DNA of 64,000 nt, from assembly GCA_951406725.2 (NCBI GenBank), contig OX597814.1:216256001-216320000 (forward strand), read 5' to 3'. Of this stretch, positions 1-13,959 are shown piece by piece. This DNA comes from Octopus vulgaris (Eukaryota). Every line of letters starts with the position of its first letter. The stretch's first letter is position 1. A program made the translations under genes and the position numbers. Below the pieces are notes generated by a model. It searched no databases, was not told the DNA's origin, and saw only the letters and a list, made by a program, of their open reading frames with translations.

Positions 1-1
1 T

Positions 2-670
2 AGGAAAATCATCTGGTTTACACCCTCTTACTCATCCGAGGTAACCTTCAATATAGGTAAATATTTCTTAACACTGATAGATAGACATTTTCCAGTTAAC
101 CATACTTATAGGAAACTCTTCAATAAACACAATTTAAAAATTAGTTTTAGTTCAACTACCAATTTTAAAAATATAATCACACATAACACACAAAAACCAC
201 AATAAAACAGCTGCTCATGCAGGAATAAAAAATTGTGCCCACTAAATGGAGCTTGCATGTCAGAGACCATCATCTATGAAGCTACCGTGGACTCTATAAC
301 CAATAAAGACACCGTTTCGATGAAGAAATACGTGGGCTTTACAGAGGGTAATTTCAAGGCCAGGTTCAATAACCACACTTTGAATTTTAGGCACTGGAAC
401 AAAAGAAAAGCGACAAATTTATCTAATCATATTTGGTCTTTAGAAGATAAAGGTGTCAATTATAACATCTATTGGAAGATTTTGGCCAAATGTAAGCCCT
501 ACACCAACGGCAACGGAAAGTGCGGTCTATGCGACATGGAGAGATGGCTTATCTGGAAAAGCAGCTTAGACCCTACTACATGTCTAAACTCAAGGACAGA
601 ACTTTTCGGATCATGCCCATATGTGACAAAATTTTTGTTACGTTTTTGGTCCCCTAAAGAAAACAAATAG
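2..670 (+). mobile_element. Penelope-like element 3' coding end (linker + GIY-YIG endonuclease), Hydra-clade-like, degenerate
   Basis: Frame 2 reads RKIIWFTPSY...NLKISFS, then an in-frame TAA (~203), then CSCRNKKLCPLNGAC (CxCx5C linker), IIYEATV...KYVGFTEGNFKARFNNH and C-terminal CGLCDMER...LNSRTE. A second copy of this 3' end lies at ~49780-50060. Confidence 0.8.
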
Positions 671-1871
671 AACTTGCTTTCTATATTATGTCCAAAAAAG
701 TTTTTTATCTCATTATACCTTTTATTATTTCATATATTTTTATATTTTCACACATAATAATTTTTTCTGTACTCTTCCATCCTGCATTTTTTCCTGTGCC
801 TATATACACGTGTATATAGATTCATTTGTACACACGTGTGAATATGTATGAGTGGGCAGTTTTTGATGGGTGCGTGTGTGCGAGCATAAGAATAAATATA
901 TATATATATATATATAGACGTTTTTATTTAGTATTTTTACAATTTTTTAAGGTTTTTTGGGGCATATGTATATTCATTTTTTGTGTGTGCGTGTGTGTGT
1001 ATGTGTATATAAACATGTGCGGGTATGTACATATATGGGCGTGTGTGTGTATGAGTGCATAAGGGCATGTCCGTATATGAATGTGGTTTTTATGCTTTGT
1101 ATACTTCCTTATGTTTTTTCTGTTACCTTTAACCATGTTTTTTCTTGTGCATATATAGACGTATGTATGAACTTTTATGGTACGCGGGTGTGTATATGAG
1201 TTTGTATATATATGCGTATACATTTGGCGAAAAATGCGAGTGAAGATGTGTACGTTTTCATAGTGATGTATAAGACGCACGTGGGTCCGCAAGCGCACAT
1301 GTGAGCGTATGAGTAGCCATGTTTACGTGTTTACTATGAACTTTTAATCTAAGGGGCAGAATTATAACACAGTAATTTTCCCTTTATATAACGGTATTTT
1401 TTCATAGCGTTTTTCAGATGGCCAGATAACCGAAGAGATGGTGTTGTGGATTTCCACTTCGGCATCTGAAACCCAGAGTTTTATTTTGACTATTGAGTAA
1501 TTGTAACATATTATTTTATTTATAGATATATATATATATATATGTATGTGTGTGTATACATATATATATATATATACCCATATACATACACATATACTTA
1601 CCCTTAGACATGCATATCCATATATACATATATATATACATGGACCATACATACATATACATACATATATACATATACACACACACATAAGCAACATTGG
1701 AACCCACACACAAGGTACAGGAAGCCTGTATAGATATACACCATTCTGCTTGAATACTGGAACTGTAGATACAATATCTTTATGTATCTCACGTCTGTTT
1801 TCATCCCTCAACTTCAATCTGTATTTCATATCTTCTCTATAATAACTATTGCTTAACTATTTTCTCGCACT

Positions 1872-1919
1872 GTCTCTAATGAAGGAATATATAAAATATC
1901 CCGGAAACAGCTGTAAGAC
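1872..1919 (+). ncRNA. Minimal type I hammerhead ribozyme motif, probably from the PLE pseudo-LTR; G5A core variant
   Basis: gtct-CTAATGA-stem II (ggaatat/atatcc)-GAA-acagctgt (palindromic stem III)-A-agac; stem I gtct/agac closes. Lies 1.2 kb downstream of the PLE ORF end. Confidence 0.65.
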
Positions 1920-2299
1920 CTTCTCTTTATAACTGTTCTGAAATCTTTCACAGGCTTGGATTTCTTATCTCATTCTGTTAATTTTTATATATATGCATGC
2001 TAATATATGACCTACATTGGACCCCTCATTCATATCATCATACATATATACATAAATACACACGGCCTTATATATATAAATATACGTACTCATACACAGC
2101 TACCTATAGCACTTACCTGACACCTTTAGGTTTTCTTGACACCATTACCTCTCATATACACATACACATATACAAATGGGTATACATAGTAATGCAACCA
2201 CATAGCTGCCCATAATGTGTACATACAAATAGATATAGCGTATTTATCATGTATAATTGGTATTTGGGCTTGATGTTTGCATTTGGGGCATTTATATTG

Positions 2300-5200
2300 A
2301 TATTCCAGGCGAAGAATGTACTCCCCAACATAGATTAGTAGTTAGCGACTTCAGGATCAGAGCTAAATGGTTGCCCAGAAGAAGACCAGCTTGGAGGAGA
2401 AGGGTCTGGAAGCTTAAAGATCCTGCAAATGGACAGAGATTTAGGGACATACTACTCGAAGCCTTTGACGAAATAGAAGGGGATATAGCTTCACTTAATG
2501 TGGAAGACAACTGGAGATTCCTACGGGACAATCTGCTGACAGCCACTGACCAGATCTGTGGATGGAGCAAAGTACCATCTCGACCCAGAGTAACATGGTG
2601 GTGGAACACTGTGGTTGACAGGGCTATTAGACAGGCTTGGAAGGACTGGAAGACCGGTGGTAGCAGGGAATTGTATCAGACAGCCAGAAGGGAAGCTAGG
2701 AGACAGGTTTATTTAGCCAGAGGGGAAGCGGATAAGAAAAAATTTGCCAATGTTCTGAGCCGTGAGGACGAAAGACTTGAGGTATTTTGTGTTGCAAGAC
2801 AGCGTGTGAGAGAGAATCGTGATGTGGTAGGAGAGAAGTGTGTTCGCATGGATGATGGTTCACTTGTGCTAAATGAGGATGCAAAGAGAGAGGTTTGGAG
2901 ATGCCACTATGAAAGGTTGCTGAATAAAGAAAATGAATGGGATAAAGAGAGTCTGCCGAATGTTGACCCAACAGAGGGACCAGATATCCAAGTTGATGGT
3001 TCCGTGGTAGCTAAGGCAATTAGAAGCATGAAGACAGGGAAAGCCCCAGGCCCATCAGGAATTACTGGAGAGATGCTCAAAATATCTGGCAGTGTCAGCT
3101 ATAACCTAGTCACCCGTATAGTCAACCAGGTGATACACGAAGGAGTCATACCCAATGACTGGTGTAGCAGCATACTAGTCAACTGCTACAAAGGTAAAGG
3201 TGATGCCCTAGATACAAATAATTACAGAGGTATCAAGCTGTTGGATCAGGTAATGAAGGTTACGGAGAGGGTCATAGCCCAACTAATTAGAGAGAGAGTT
3301 AGTTTAGATGAGATGCAGTTTGGGTTCGTGCCAGGGAAAAGCACCACTGATGCTATATTCCTGGTAAGGCAGCTGCAGGAGAAATACCTAGCAAAAGATA
3401 AGCCCCTGAACCTGGCTTTCGTTGACATGGAGAAAGCCTTTGATAGGGTCCCCCGATACCTCATCTGGTGGTCAATGAGGAAACTAGGGATAGACGAATG
3501 GCTGGTGAGGGCTGTGCAAGCCATGTACAGAGATGCCATAAGTAAGGTTAGGGTTGGCAACATGTACACAGAAGAATTCAAAGTAGAGGTTGGGGTTCCA
3601 CCAGGGTTCAGTACTCAGCCCCCTCCTATTTATCATAGTCCTCCAGGCAATTGTGGAGGAATTCAAGACAGGATGCCCCTGGGAGCTCCTCTATGCTGAC
3701 GACCTCGCTCTAATTGCTGAGTCACTATCAGAACTGGAGCAGAAGTTCCAGGTGTGGAAGGAGGGTTTAGAATCGAGGGGCCTTAGAGTCAACCTAGCTA
3801 AAACCAAAGTACTAATAAGTAGAAAGGTAGACAATCCACAAATATCCTCGGGAAGATGGCCTTGCTCGATCTGTAGAAAAGGTGTAGGTAGAAAGTCTAT
3901 AAGATGTACCCAGTGTAAGCTATGGACACATAAGAGGTGCAGCAATATCAAAGGTAGGCTAACTGGGAAGATAGTTTTTGTATGTGACAGATGCTCGGGA
4001 GCATTAACCTCTGAAAATCTGCAGAAAACAACTTCCGTCACTTTCCAGGGGGAAAAACTAGAAGTAGTTGATAGCTTCCGTTATCTAGGTGACCAAGTCA
4101 GTAGTGGGGGTGGGTGCGCTGAAAGTGTAACTGCTAGAATAAGAATAGCCTGGGCAAAGTTTAGGGAGCTCTTACCTCTGCTGGTGACTAAAGGCCTCTC
4201 GCTCAGAGTAAAAGGCAGACTGTATGATGCATGTGTACGAACAGCTATGCTACATGGCAGTGAAACATGGGCCGTGACCGCTGAGGACATGCGTAAGCTC
4301 ATGAGGAATGAAGCCAGTATGCTCCGATGGTTGTGTAATGTCAGTGTACTTACTGGACAGAGCGTTAGTACCTTGAGAGAAATGTTGTACCTAAGAAGCA
4401 TCAGTTGTGGTGTGCAAGAGAGACGATTGCGCTGGTATGGTCATGTGGCGAGAATGGATGAAGATAGGTGTGTGAGAAAGTGCCAATCCCTAGCAGTTGA
4501 GGGAACCCGTGGAAGAGGTAGACCCAGGAAAACCTGGGACGAGGTGGTGAAGCACGACCTTCGAACGTTAAGTCTCACCATGGAAATGACTAGAGCCCGA
4601 GACCTATGGAAGTATGCTGTGCGTGAGAAGACCCGGCAAGACTAGTGAAGCCATAACCCGTGGCCCCTACCTGGGACGTAGTCAGTCCACCTGTGCATAC
4701 CTTCCTTCTTGTGACACTTGTGAAGACCTGTTGAGGCAAGTGAAAATCAAAATCAAATCAAATCAAATCAAATCAAACCAAAATAGATGAACATCAATGG
4801 AATTTGTATCCTTGTGGTACCAGTGCCGGTGGCACATAAGAAAACCATCCGAACGTGACCGTAGCCAGTACCGCATCGACTGGCCTCCGTGCTGAGGGCA
4901 CGTAACAAACACCATCCGAGCGTAGCCGTTCGCCAGCCTCGTCTGGCACCTGTGTCAGTGACACATAAGAAAACACCATCCGAGCGTGGCCGTCTGCCAG
5001 CCTCGTCTGGCACCTGTGTCAGTGGCACATAAAAAACACCATCCGAGCGTGGCCGTCTGCCAGCCTCGTCTGGCACCTGTGTCAGTGGCACATAAAAAAC
5101 ACCATCCGAGCGTGGCCGTCTGCCAGCCTCGTCTGGCACCTGTGTCATAAAATTACATAAAATTACCCACTACACTCTCGGAGTGGTTGGCGTTAGGAAG

Positions 5201-5329
5201 GGCATCCAGCTGTAGAAACACTGCCAGATCTGACTGGCCTGGTGCAGCCTTCGAGCTTGCCAGACCCCAGTTGAACCGTCCAACCCATGCTAGCATGGAA
5301 AGCGGACGTTAAACGATGATGATGATGAT
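2300..5329 (+). mobile_element. RTE-clade LINE, 5'-truncated, with one RT frameshift near 3595-3600
   Basis: ORFs 2257-3699 and 3590-4645 give the EN tail (PQHRLVVSDF), KAPGPSG, YRGIKLL, QFGF, FVDMEKAFDRV, HQGSVLSPLLF, LYADD, a PHD-like CxxC...HxxC insert and RLRWYGHV...RGRPRKTW. The 3' UTR ends in (GAT)n. Confidence 0.92.
4820..5147 (+). repeat. ~63-bp tandem repeat within the RTE 3' UTR
   Basis: ccatccgag recurs at 4912, 4976, 5039 and 5102. Related units occur at 8240-8400, 29610-29860 and 44510-44770 (-). Confidence 0.9.
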
Positions 5330-5425
5330 TCCTTTGATTTAAAGTGTCTGTAGACTTCATTTTCTTATGGCTATATAGAGTTGGCTTCGTTTTCCATTTT
5401 GTTTATATGTATCGATATGTATATA

Positions 5426-6239
5426 TTAGCTGACGTACCCGGGAATCCCCAGGAAAGCGGGGCTTATTCCTTGGTTCCGTTATCATAACTGTTTCGCTAA
5501 TCCAATAACAACAATACAAAGTACGTAGCCCTTAAAACAATTTTTGTGCATTTACAGAGAATACCGAGCTGTCTTATACAGGATCTTGTTTTTAGGAATT
5601 CCCAATAAGTTATGACTACCCAAACTGTGAAATCAATTATGTAATAACATGAAATTAGTTACCCAATAGTAAGAATTCAAATAAAGTAGCCCCGAAAATG
5701 GCTTTATTGCATTCCCAGAGTATACAGAATACTAATGAGGTATGTATACTAAAATTGTGAAGCATGTTACATAATAACAGGCTAATCAGATATGAGATAA
5801 TAACACTTCAAAGTAAATAAATCATTAACCGAAATAAGTGGATTTATTGTTTAGGAAAATACTATTTACTTGTTTAAGGGTTGTACTGGATAAATTGCGA
5901 AAATTACTCTAACAGTTCAAATACTAAGAAATACACATACTCAATTTGATTTACATGAAATGGTTTAGGAAAATGATGGGGTTATTACCCTTGGCTGTTA
6001 AAATCTGAGCAAATGGATTATTTCCCTTGACTGTAAAAATGAAATATATTAGATATATATAAGGATTCCTTCCAGGGGCGCTATTATCGATTTTTTCAAC
6101 CGAGTATACCATGCAGTTTCCAGACATGTGTTCTACTCACGTGTCACGTTTCATCAAAATCAATAAAACCATGAAGGAGCAGTTAGCTAACAATTCCACA
6201 AACACATCCACAGACAGAAGTTCCCATATATGTAGTAGA
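5426..6239 (-). mobile_element. Non-autonomous Helitron-like element
   Basis: The minus strand starts A|TCTACTAC at 6239 and ends with a GC hairpin (ccgggaatccccagg) followed by CTAA|T at 5426. No TSD. Confidence 0.6.
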
Positions 6240-6325
6240 TATCTGAGTGAATGAATAATGTGCTACATATGAGGATCTAACGTATTTATACATTATTTAC
6301 AATTGATGGATATTTGTCCTCGTCT

Positions 6326-6444
6326 TGTTTGTTGTTAACACAACATTTCAGCTGATATACCACCCAGCCTTCATCATGTATCTTGGGAAAACACAGGCCA
6401 GGCTGGAGGGTATATCAGCTGAAATGTTGTGTTAACAACAAACA
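6326..6444. repeat. 45-bp inverted repeat with a hammerhead-like core (probable inverted PLE pLTR remnant)
   Basis: Arms 6326-6370 and 6400-6444 with 2 mismatches and a 29-bp spacer. The minus strand reads aTGATGA-ggctg..cagct-GAAA. Confidence 0.75.
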
Positions 6445-6659
6445 TAGAACTGTGCTAACAACAAATATAGAACTGTATAACACATTTATCTCATTTGAAA
6501 TATATAAATGTGTATATAAGTATATATGTATGTCTGTGTGTATGGCTATGTATATGTATGTGCATGTTTATGTATATCATCATCATCATCATTTAATGTC
6601 CGTTTTCCATGCTGGCAAGAGTTGGATGGTTTGACTGAAGTCTGGAGAGCCAGTGTCAT

Positions 6660-7920
6660 TGTCTATAAGCAGCTCATCCACGGGGTCTCATCTTAAGAAT
6701 ATCCCATTCAGTATTCTTGTGATTTTCTCCAGTCTCCATCTTCATCTCCCTCTATATGGCCAAGCGCTGTGGTCTGCAGTCGACCATTGAGAGGTGTGTC
6801 CCTTGCCGGTAGTGCATCACGTCCACTGCCAGTCGTTTCCAGTTGTGTTCCACTGAAATGCTTCCTGCTTCATGCACACCCAGAATGGGGTCAATGGACT
6901 GGTACTTGTCGCAGCTCCCAACTATTCTTTGCACACTCTGCCTGGTCACGTCAGAGTCAACTTTCCTGGCTAGGAACAGGGTCCTGTACACCCCCATGTG
7001 ATGCATGGTATGCAGTCTCCTCAGCTTTGGGTCACTCAGTCAACACACCACAGCCACTCCTTGCTCCAGATCCTCTGGCACCTGCAACCAGGCTTTCTTT
7101 ACTCTGGTCAGGACGTCTGCTCTATTCCTCTCAGAGGGTACAAAAACCACACTCAGCCTCAGGTCAAACTTGGCAGCTACCTCGCCCAGAACTCCCAAAT
7201 GGCATTTTATCAGCATCTTTGTGCTCCTTTGCTTTGCACCTTCTGCTCGCCGGTGAACACTGATCCCACTCATCTAAGTACAGTGGCTGAATTGGTCCAG
7301 ATTTCGATGGTACACCCCACCACCTCAGGGCCAGGTTTAGCCCCTTTAACACAGCATCCAGATCCACCACGTTGATGTGGTTGCAGTTGTCCTTCTTCCT
7401 AAACTAGGCCGCATCCTCCACCATGACACCTCCAATTTCCAGGACAACTCCCATTGCTATGCTGCTGGCATCACAGCACATGATCCCCTTTAATTTGGGC
7501 ACATACCAGTTCCCTCCAACTGTGTCCTCTGCAATCACCCTCTCCAAGACTTCTTGCATTAAGGTGGTTGTCTTCTCGCGCATGTTATCACTCCACCTCA
7601 CTCCTTCAGCTCGCCTCTTGATGAAGCAGCATGCCATCCAGAGCAATCCTGCGATCAGGTAGTGTCCCAGCAGCTTCCCACACAAAGAAAAATGTTCTCA
7701 CCTACTCATCTTGGATGCCTAGTTCTGGGATCTCATTCCCTCTTTGAAATACCATAGCTTGAGTCCCAGTGCAGCTCCTCCTTCCATTGCCTCTGGTGGT
7801 TTGGCAGTTAACCCCAAACTCTTCAGGTGGCTCATGACCCCCTTTGCCAGCACTATGCTCTCGCCCACCAGGATGTCATCAATATAGGAATTGATGGCTC
7901 TTTTCACTTTGTCTGCCTCT
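6660..7920 (-). mobile_element. Degenerate Gypsy-like LTR retrotransposon pol fragment (RT, RNase H, integrase)
   Basis: Broken minus-strand ORFs contain YIDDILV (RT), CDASSIAMGVVL and NRADVLTR (RNase H), and HHMGVYRTL...CDKYQSIDP and WKRLAVDVMHY (integrase), in Gypsy domain order. Confidence 0.8.
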
Positions 7921-8062
7921 GAGTAACACTTTTTGTGATATTTCTGCTGCTTTTAAATAAAGCACATTACTCTACTTCTGGTATTTGAGTACTCTTTTTT
8001 TGACCTTGTTTCACATTTATGTGCTTACTCTGGTATATGTATGTATGTATGTACCTATGTAC

Positions 8063-8113
<51 letters not shown>

Positions 8114-8131
8114 TATATGAATGTATGTATG

Positions 8132-8205
<74 letters not shown>

Positions 8206-8239
8206 TAAATATATATGAATGTATGTATAAATATATATG

Positions 8240-8555
8240 TCTGGCACCTGTGTCGGTGGCACATAAGAAAACACCATCCGAGCATGGCCATCTGCCAGCC
8301 TCGTCTGGCACCTGTGTCGGTGGCACATAAAAAACACCATCCGAGCGTGGCCGTCTGCCAGCCTCGTCTAGCACCTGTGTCGGTGGCACATAAAATCACC
8401 CACTACACTCTCGGAGTGGTTGGCGTTAGGAAGGGCATCCAGCTGTAGAAACACTGCCAGATCTGACTGGCCTGGTGCAGCCTTCAGGCTTGCCAGACCC
8501 CAGTTGAACCGTCCAACCCATGCTAGCATGGAAAGCGGACGTTAAACGATGATGA

Positions 8556-8558
<3 letters not shown>
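8240..8558 (+). mobile_element. Short copy of the RTE 3' UTR (63-bp units + tail), inserted in microsatellite
   Basis: Near-identical to 4940-5329 and ends in (GAT)n. Confidence 0.85.
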
Positions 8559-9965
<1,407 letters not shown>

Positions 9966-9969
<4 letters not shown>

Positions 9970-10770
9970 GACCATTGATTGTTGCATTAGGTGGTAACAA
10001 TTCAAAGTGAATTACTCCTTTGCAATCCCACCAGATAGAGAGAAGAAACTTTTTCCATGAAGTTGCCTTCTCGGTTGTGGTTGAGCTTTTTCCCTTTTAC
10101 CAAGCCACTGTTTACGACGTTTAACATTTCGATAGAAGATCCATTTTCGTCACCAGTCAAAGTCTATCCAAAAAGGCTGGAATGAGTTCATGAGAATGGA
10201 GAGAAGAGCAGATGTCAACTCGGGATTTGCGGCTGCTTTCAGACAGTTCATTTTCCAAATTTAGGAACCTTTCCAAGTTGTTGAAGATGACGATGAGCTA
10301 AATTTGAACTAAGCTTTATTGCCAATTCTTCAACTGATAATGCAGGATTTTCTTCAAGTAATGCTTCAAGGAGCTTATCATCAAACTCAACTGCATGTCC
10401 TATTTGATCTTCATCTTCAAGGCTGAAATCTCCACTTCTGAATTTTGCAAGCCATCCTCTGCAAGTTCTTTCATTCAAGCATTCTTTCCCATAAACTGAC
10501 TATGTTTTCAGTTGCTTCAGCTGCAGAGTTTCCTTTTTTGTACTCATAAAACATTATGTGCATCAAATGCTCTTTGTGTACTTCCATGTTGGGGTTTTAA
10601 TCAAAGAAATTTTAATTCTATTAATGTGTAAAAAAAATATCTAATTAGTTTAAATGTACACAAATGCATAAAAATAATTTTCAATTCCATTAGACATTCT
10701 AATATACTATTAAATTTCATTCAATTTTAAAAAAGGCAAAATTGGACAGAATTGATGGGATGACCTGATA
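9966..10770 (-). mobile_element. Mariner transposase remnant with one TIR
   Basis: The minus strand encodes ERTCRGWLAKFRSGDFSLEDE (HTH region), NVKRRKQW and [24 protein letters not shown]-like end tatcaggtcatcccatcaatt sits at 10750-10770. Confidence 0.85.
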
Positions 10771-11229
10771 CATACTAGTAGTATAGCCTGGCAGTGCCCA
10801 GGATTAAGTTAGGATTATTAAGCTAATCAAACAAAACTAGGTAATCCTGATGTCATATTTGAGCAAAATCCAGTGAAATTGGTAAACGTTTGGCTGAAAA
10901 TGGGTTGCAGACAATTTGATTGGGAAATCCCATAAGGAATCAGCTTATTGATTTTTCTATTTATCGATTGTTTTTTCAATATGGCTAACCACTAGGGATG
11001 GGTGTTATTGTAGCTTTATAGCCCCAGGAGATCATCGTCTCCAGCTGGCTTTAGACACAATTTCTGTGCCATTATGATATTTGCAAAGGGAGGTCATCTC
11101 CTCTCGTAAACCTAAGTGATATGCATGGATTGCAGTTTCGAGATTATTGTCTCTTGTCAACACATGGTAATCACCGGTTTTCGATAAGAAGAGACCTGTT
11201 TGCAAATATCTATTTAATGTTTTTCCCAG

Positions 11230-13625
11230 TAACCACTGTCACTGATTTCGAAAAACGGTCTGAAAGCAATACCATGTGTTGACAAGAGACAATAATGGCA
11301 ACGATCTTTGGGACATCGTAAAGAATATTAAATTTCATAAATCACCCCTCAGGAATAAGCACCTCAGATACCTCGATAACGTCTCTAGAGATATAAACAG
11401 CATAGATTCTATCCTGGTCCAATCGGATAAAACCGGCAACATGTATAAGCTTACCAAGAGCCATTATTTGGAACTGCTCGAAAAGGAATTACATACGAAT
11501 TACAGGACCACCAGTAGGAATACTCTCAGGTAGGCCAACTTAGAAACTAAGCAGATTATGGAGACTTACGAATTACAGATGAAGACGGAACCATTGAAAC
11601 CTAGGCAACCCAGATTCATCTTAAAGGACCACAAACAGAACTTTCATACTAACCCAGCATTGCGGCTCATATGCCCTTCCAGTTCAGACATCGGTACCCT
11701 TAGTAAATACATATTAGATAAGTATATCCCTATATTAATTAATAAATTAAAACTTAGCTTATGGTCCAATTCTGTTCAAGTCGTAGATTGGTTTACTTCT
11801 ATTACTGATAAGGCCAACACTAAATTTATCCAATTCGATATATCTAGTTTCTATTCTTCAATCAACCCTATTATACTTAATAAGGCCCTATGGCACGCAC
11901 ACAATAAGGCAGACCTCTCCAGGGAGGTAATTAGTGTGATATTGACTGCTAGGAAATCTTTCATCCAGTTCGATAGCAAGTTGTGGGTCCGTAGAGATAC
12001 CCCTAATGCGTTTGATGTACTAATGGGAAGTACAGACAGCGCCCAGATAGCCGATTTGGTCGGAATTTATATTCTTTATGAAATGGCCGACCAATTCCCG
12101 GACATCTGTGGAGGTCTTTATCGCGACGATTATCTGCTTTACCTCCAAAACGTTTCGAACCAAAAAATACAGAAGGTTAAGAACAGATTAGTTAGGTTTT
12201 TTAGTAGAATGGGCTTGCGCATAGTTTTTGACGATGAATTAACTAAAGCCAACTTCTTAGACATTACCCTCAATTTGCAGAATAACTCATACTTCCCTTA
12301 TCATAAACCTTCCACAAATCTTAAGTATATTAGCATTTTCAGTAATCATGCCAGGCCAATTACCAATAATTTAGTTAAAAACATATCTCTGAGACTGTCC
12401 AAATTATCTTCTAATGTCGACATCTTTAACCAAAAGGCAGACTTCTATAACGCCGCCTTGTTAAGAGCCGGTTATAAGGAGAAAGTGTCATACATCGACT
12501 CAGCTCATTCTAAACCAACATCTGCTTCTCCAGATAGTAAAGTTACTCGTAATAGGAATAATGATTTCAATTCTAATAGTGCCAGCAACCCTGTACATAA
12601 AATAAATTCTTTACGGAATTTATTGCAACCCCAAATTTCCAACCCAGAAATTTTCCCCTTACTATCACAAATAACACTAAGAACAATTCAAAGGCCACAA
12701 AAAACTGTATCTGGTTCGTAATACCTTTCGGAAAACAAATTAAATTGAACCTTCCCTTACAGTTCCGTGAAGCCGTTGCTAGGAACTTTCCCAGAAATTC
12801 TAGATATCATTCTATTATCAATTCATATAAGGTCAGAATCGCTTTCTCTAACACCAGGAATCTTTCACAAATTATATCTTCCCACAATACCAAGCTGCTA
12901 AACAAAGATTCTTCACCCGGGAGTTCCAACACTAATCTTGCTAATTCCAACCCATCATACAATCATAATAATAGGAATAGTATTAATAGTAACAGCATTA
13001 GTAGCAGCGAAAGTGTTAACAATGATAATATTAGTAATAGTATTAGTCGTGTTAATAACAATGGTAGTGTTGATGGTAACAGCAATAACGGAATTATTGT
13101 CAGTGGTATTACTGGTTGTAGTACCATTAATAATACTAATAATAATAGAAATAGTGTAGTTGTTAGCACTAATAATAATAGTAACAACAATCATAACAAT
13201 AAAAACTTCGTTTCGATCTCGGAGGACAACTCCAACAGAATTAAATTTTTGTCTGGTAATTCTAAGAATAAGAATTCTATTTACCAGTGTAGAATTTCTT
13301 CCGGTATCGATGTCTTCTTCTATATAGGAGCGTCCACTTCCCAGTTATCCAAGAGAATTTCAAACCACTATTCAACATTCAGGGATAGTAAAAAACGACA
13401 TAGTACAGGGCTAAGTAAATTAGTTTGGCGTCTTAAAGACAACAATATAATTTTCAAGTTAGATTGGTTCATACAGTCTGTATCCTTTCCTTTTGATAAG
13501 GGCAGGAGATTTTGTAACATTTGTAACTCTGAACTCTTCCATATTCTTCTCTCTAAGGTTCCCATAGTAATCACACTCATAGAAAAATCATACAAATGTA
13601 AACACTAGCAGAAACACACTTTCTA
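11230..13625 (+). mobile_element. Near-complete Penelope-like element ORF (RT + C-terminal GIY-YIG), with an in-frame TAG at 11531 and a frameshift near 12650-12700
   Basis: SDKTGNMYKL, ILKDHK, QFDISSFYSSI, MGSTDSAQIADLVG, GLYRDD, NFLDITL, YHKP, SNH; then an Asn/Ser-rich linker, IYQC...FYIGAS...RISNH and CNICNSE. Confidence 0.9.
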
Positions 13626-13669
13626 CTCATATAAATGATAACGATATTTTTATTTTTATTCTATTTTTA

Positions 13670-13932
13670 TTCGGAAGTCCTACAGTGAAGGGAAGGTGGT
13701 GAAGCAAGCAGACCTTACAGGTTGGAAGCATGTAGTCAGTGACCTGCACGTAGGCAGCCCATGCTAGATATAAAATCATCTCCCTGCTGCCCAAGAAATT
13801 GGAAAAATTCAGTTGCTGCATGGGTGTCTGACCAGTTCCATTTGAGAGGGCACCACTCACCTGGGAGGTTGTAGAAAAGGTGAACCAAAAATTGCCTGTC
13901 TTTCTATATCTGGTCAGATTAGCATGACTGAA
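13670..13932 (+). mobile_element. Isolated 5' UTR of the BovB-like RTE family seen at 59740-62420
   Basis: Colinear but diverged match to 59738-60030 (cggaagt...ccttacaggttggaagcatgtagtcagtgacc...tttctatatctggtcag). Confidence 0.65.
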
Positions 13933-13959
13933 ACAAAATCTATGCTATTTTAGTCCAGA

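Noticed and set aside
2292-4401. Minus-strand ORFs overlapping RTE elements
   Set aside because: Antisense shadows of LINE coding frames with no recognisable motifs.
4820-5147. 21-aa repeat protein ORF (4768-5148, minus) or CRISPR
   Set aside because: Translation of a 63-bp tandem repeat in a LINE 3' UTR; no spacers.
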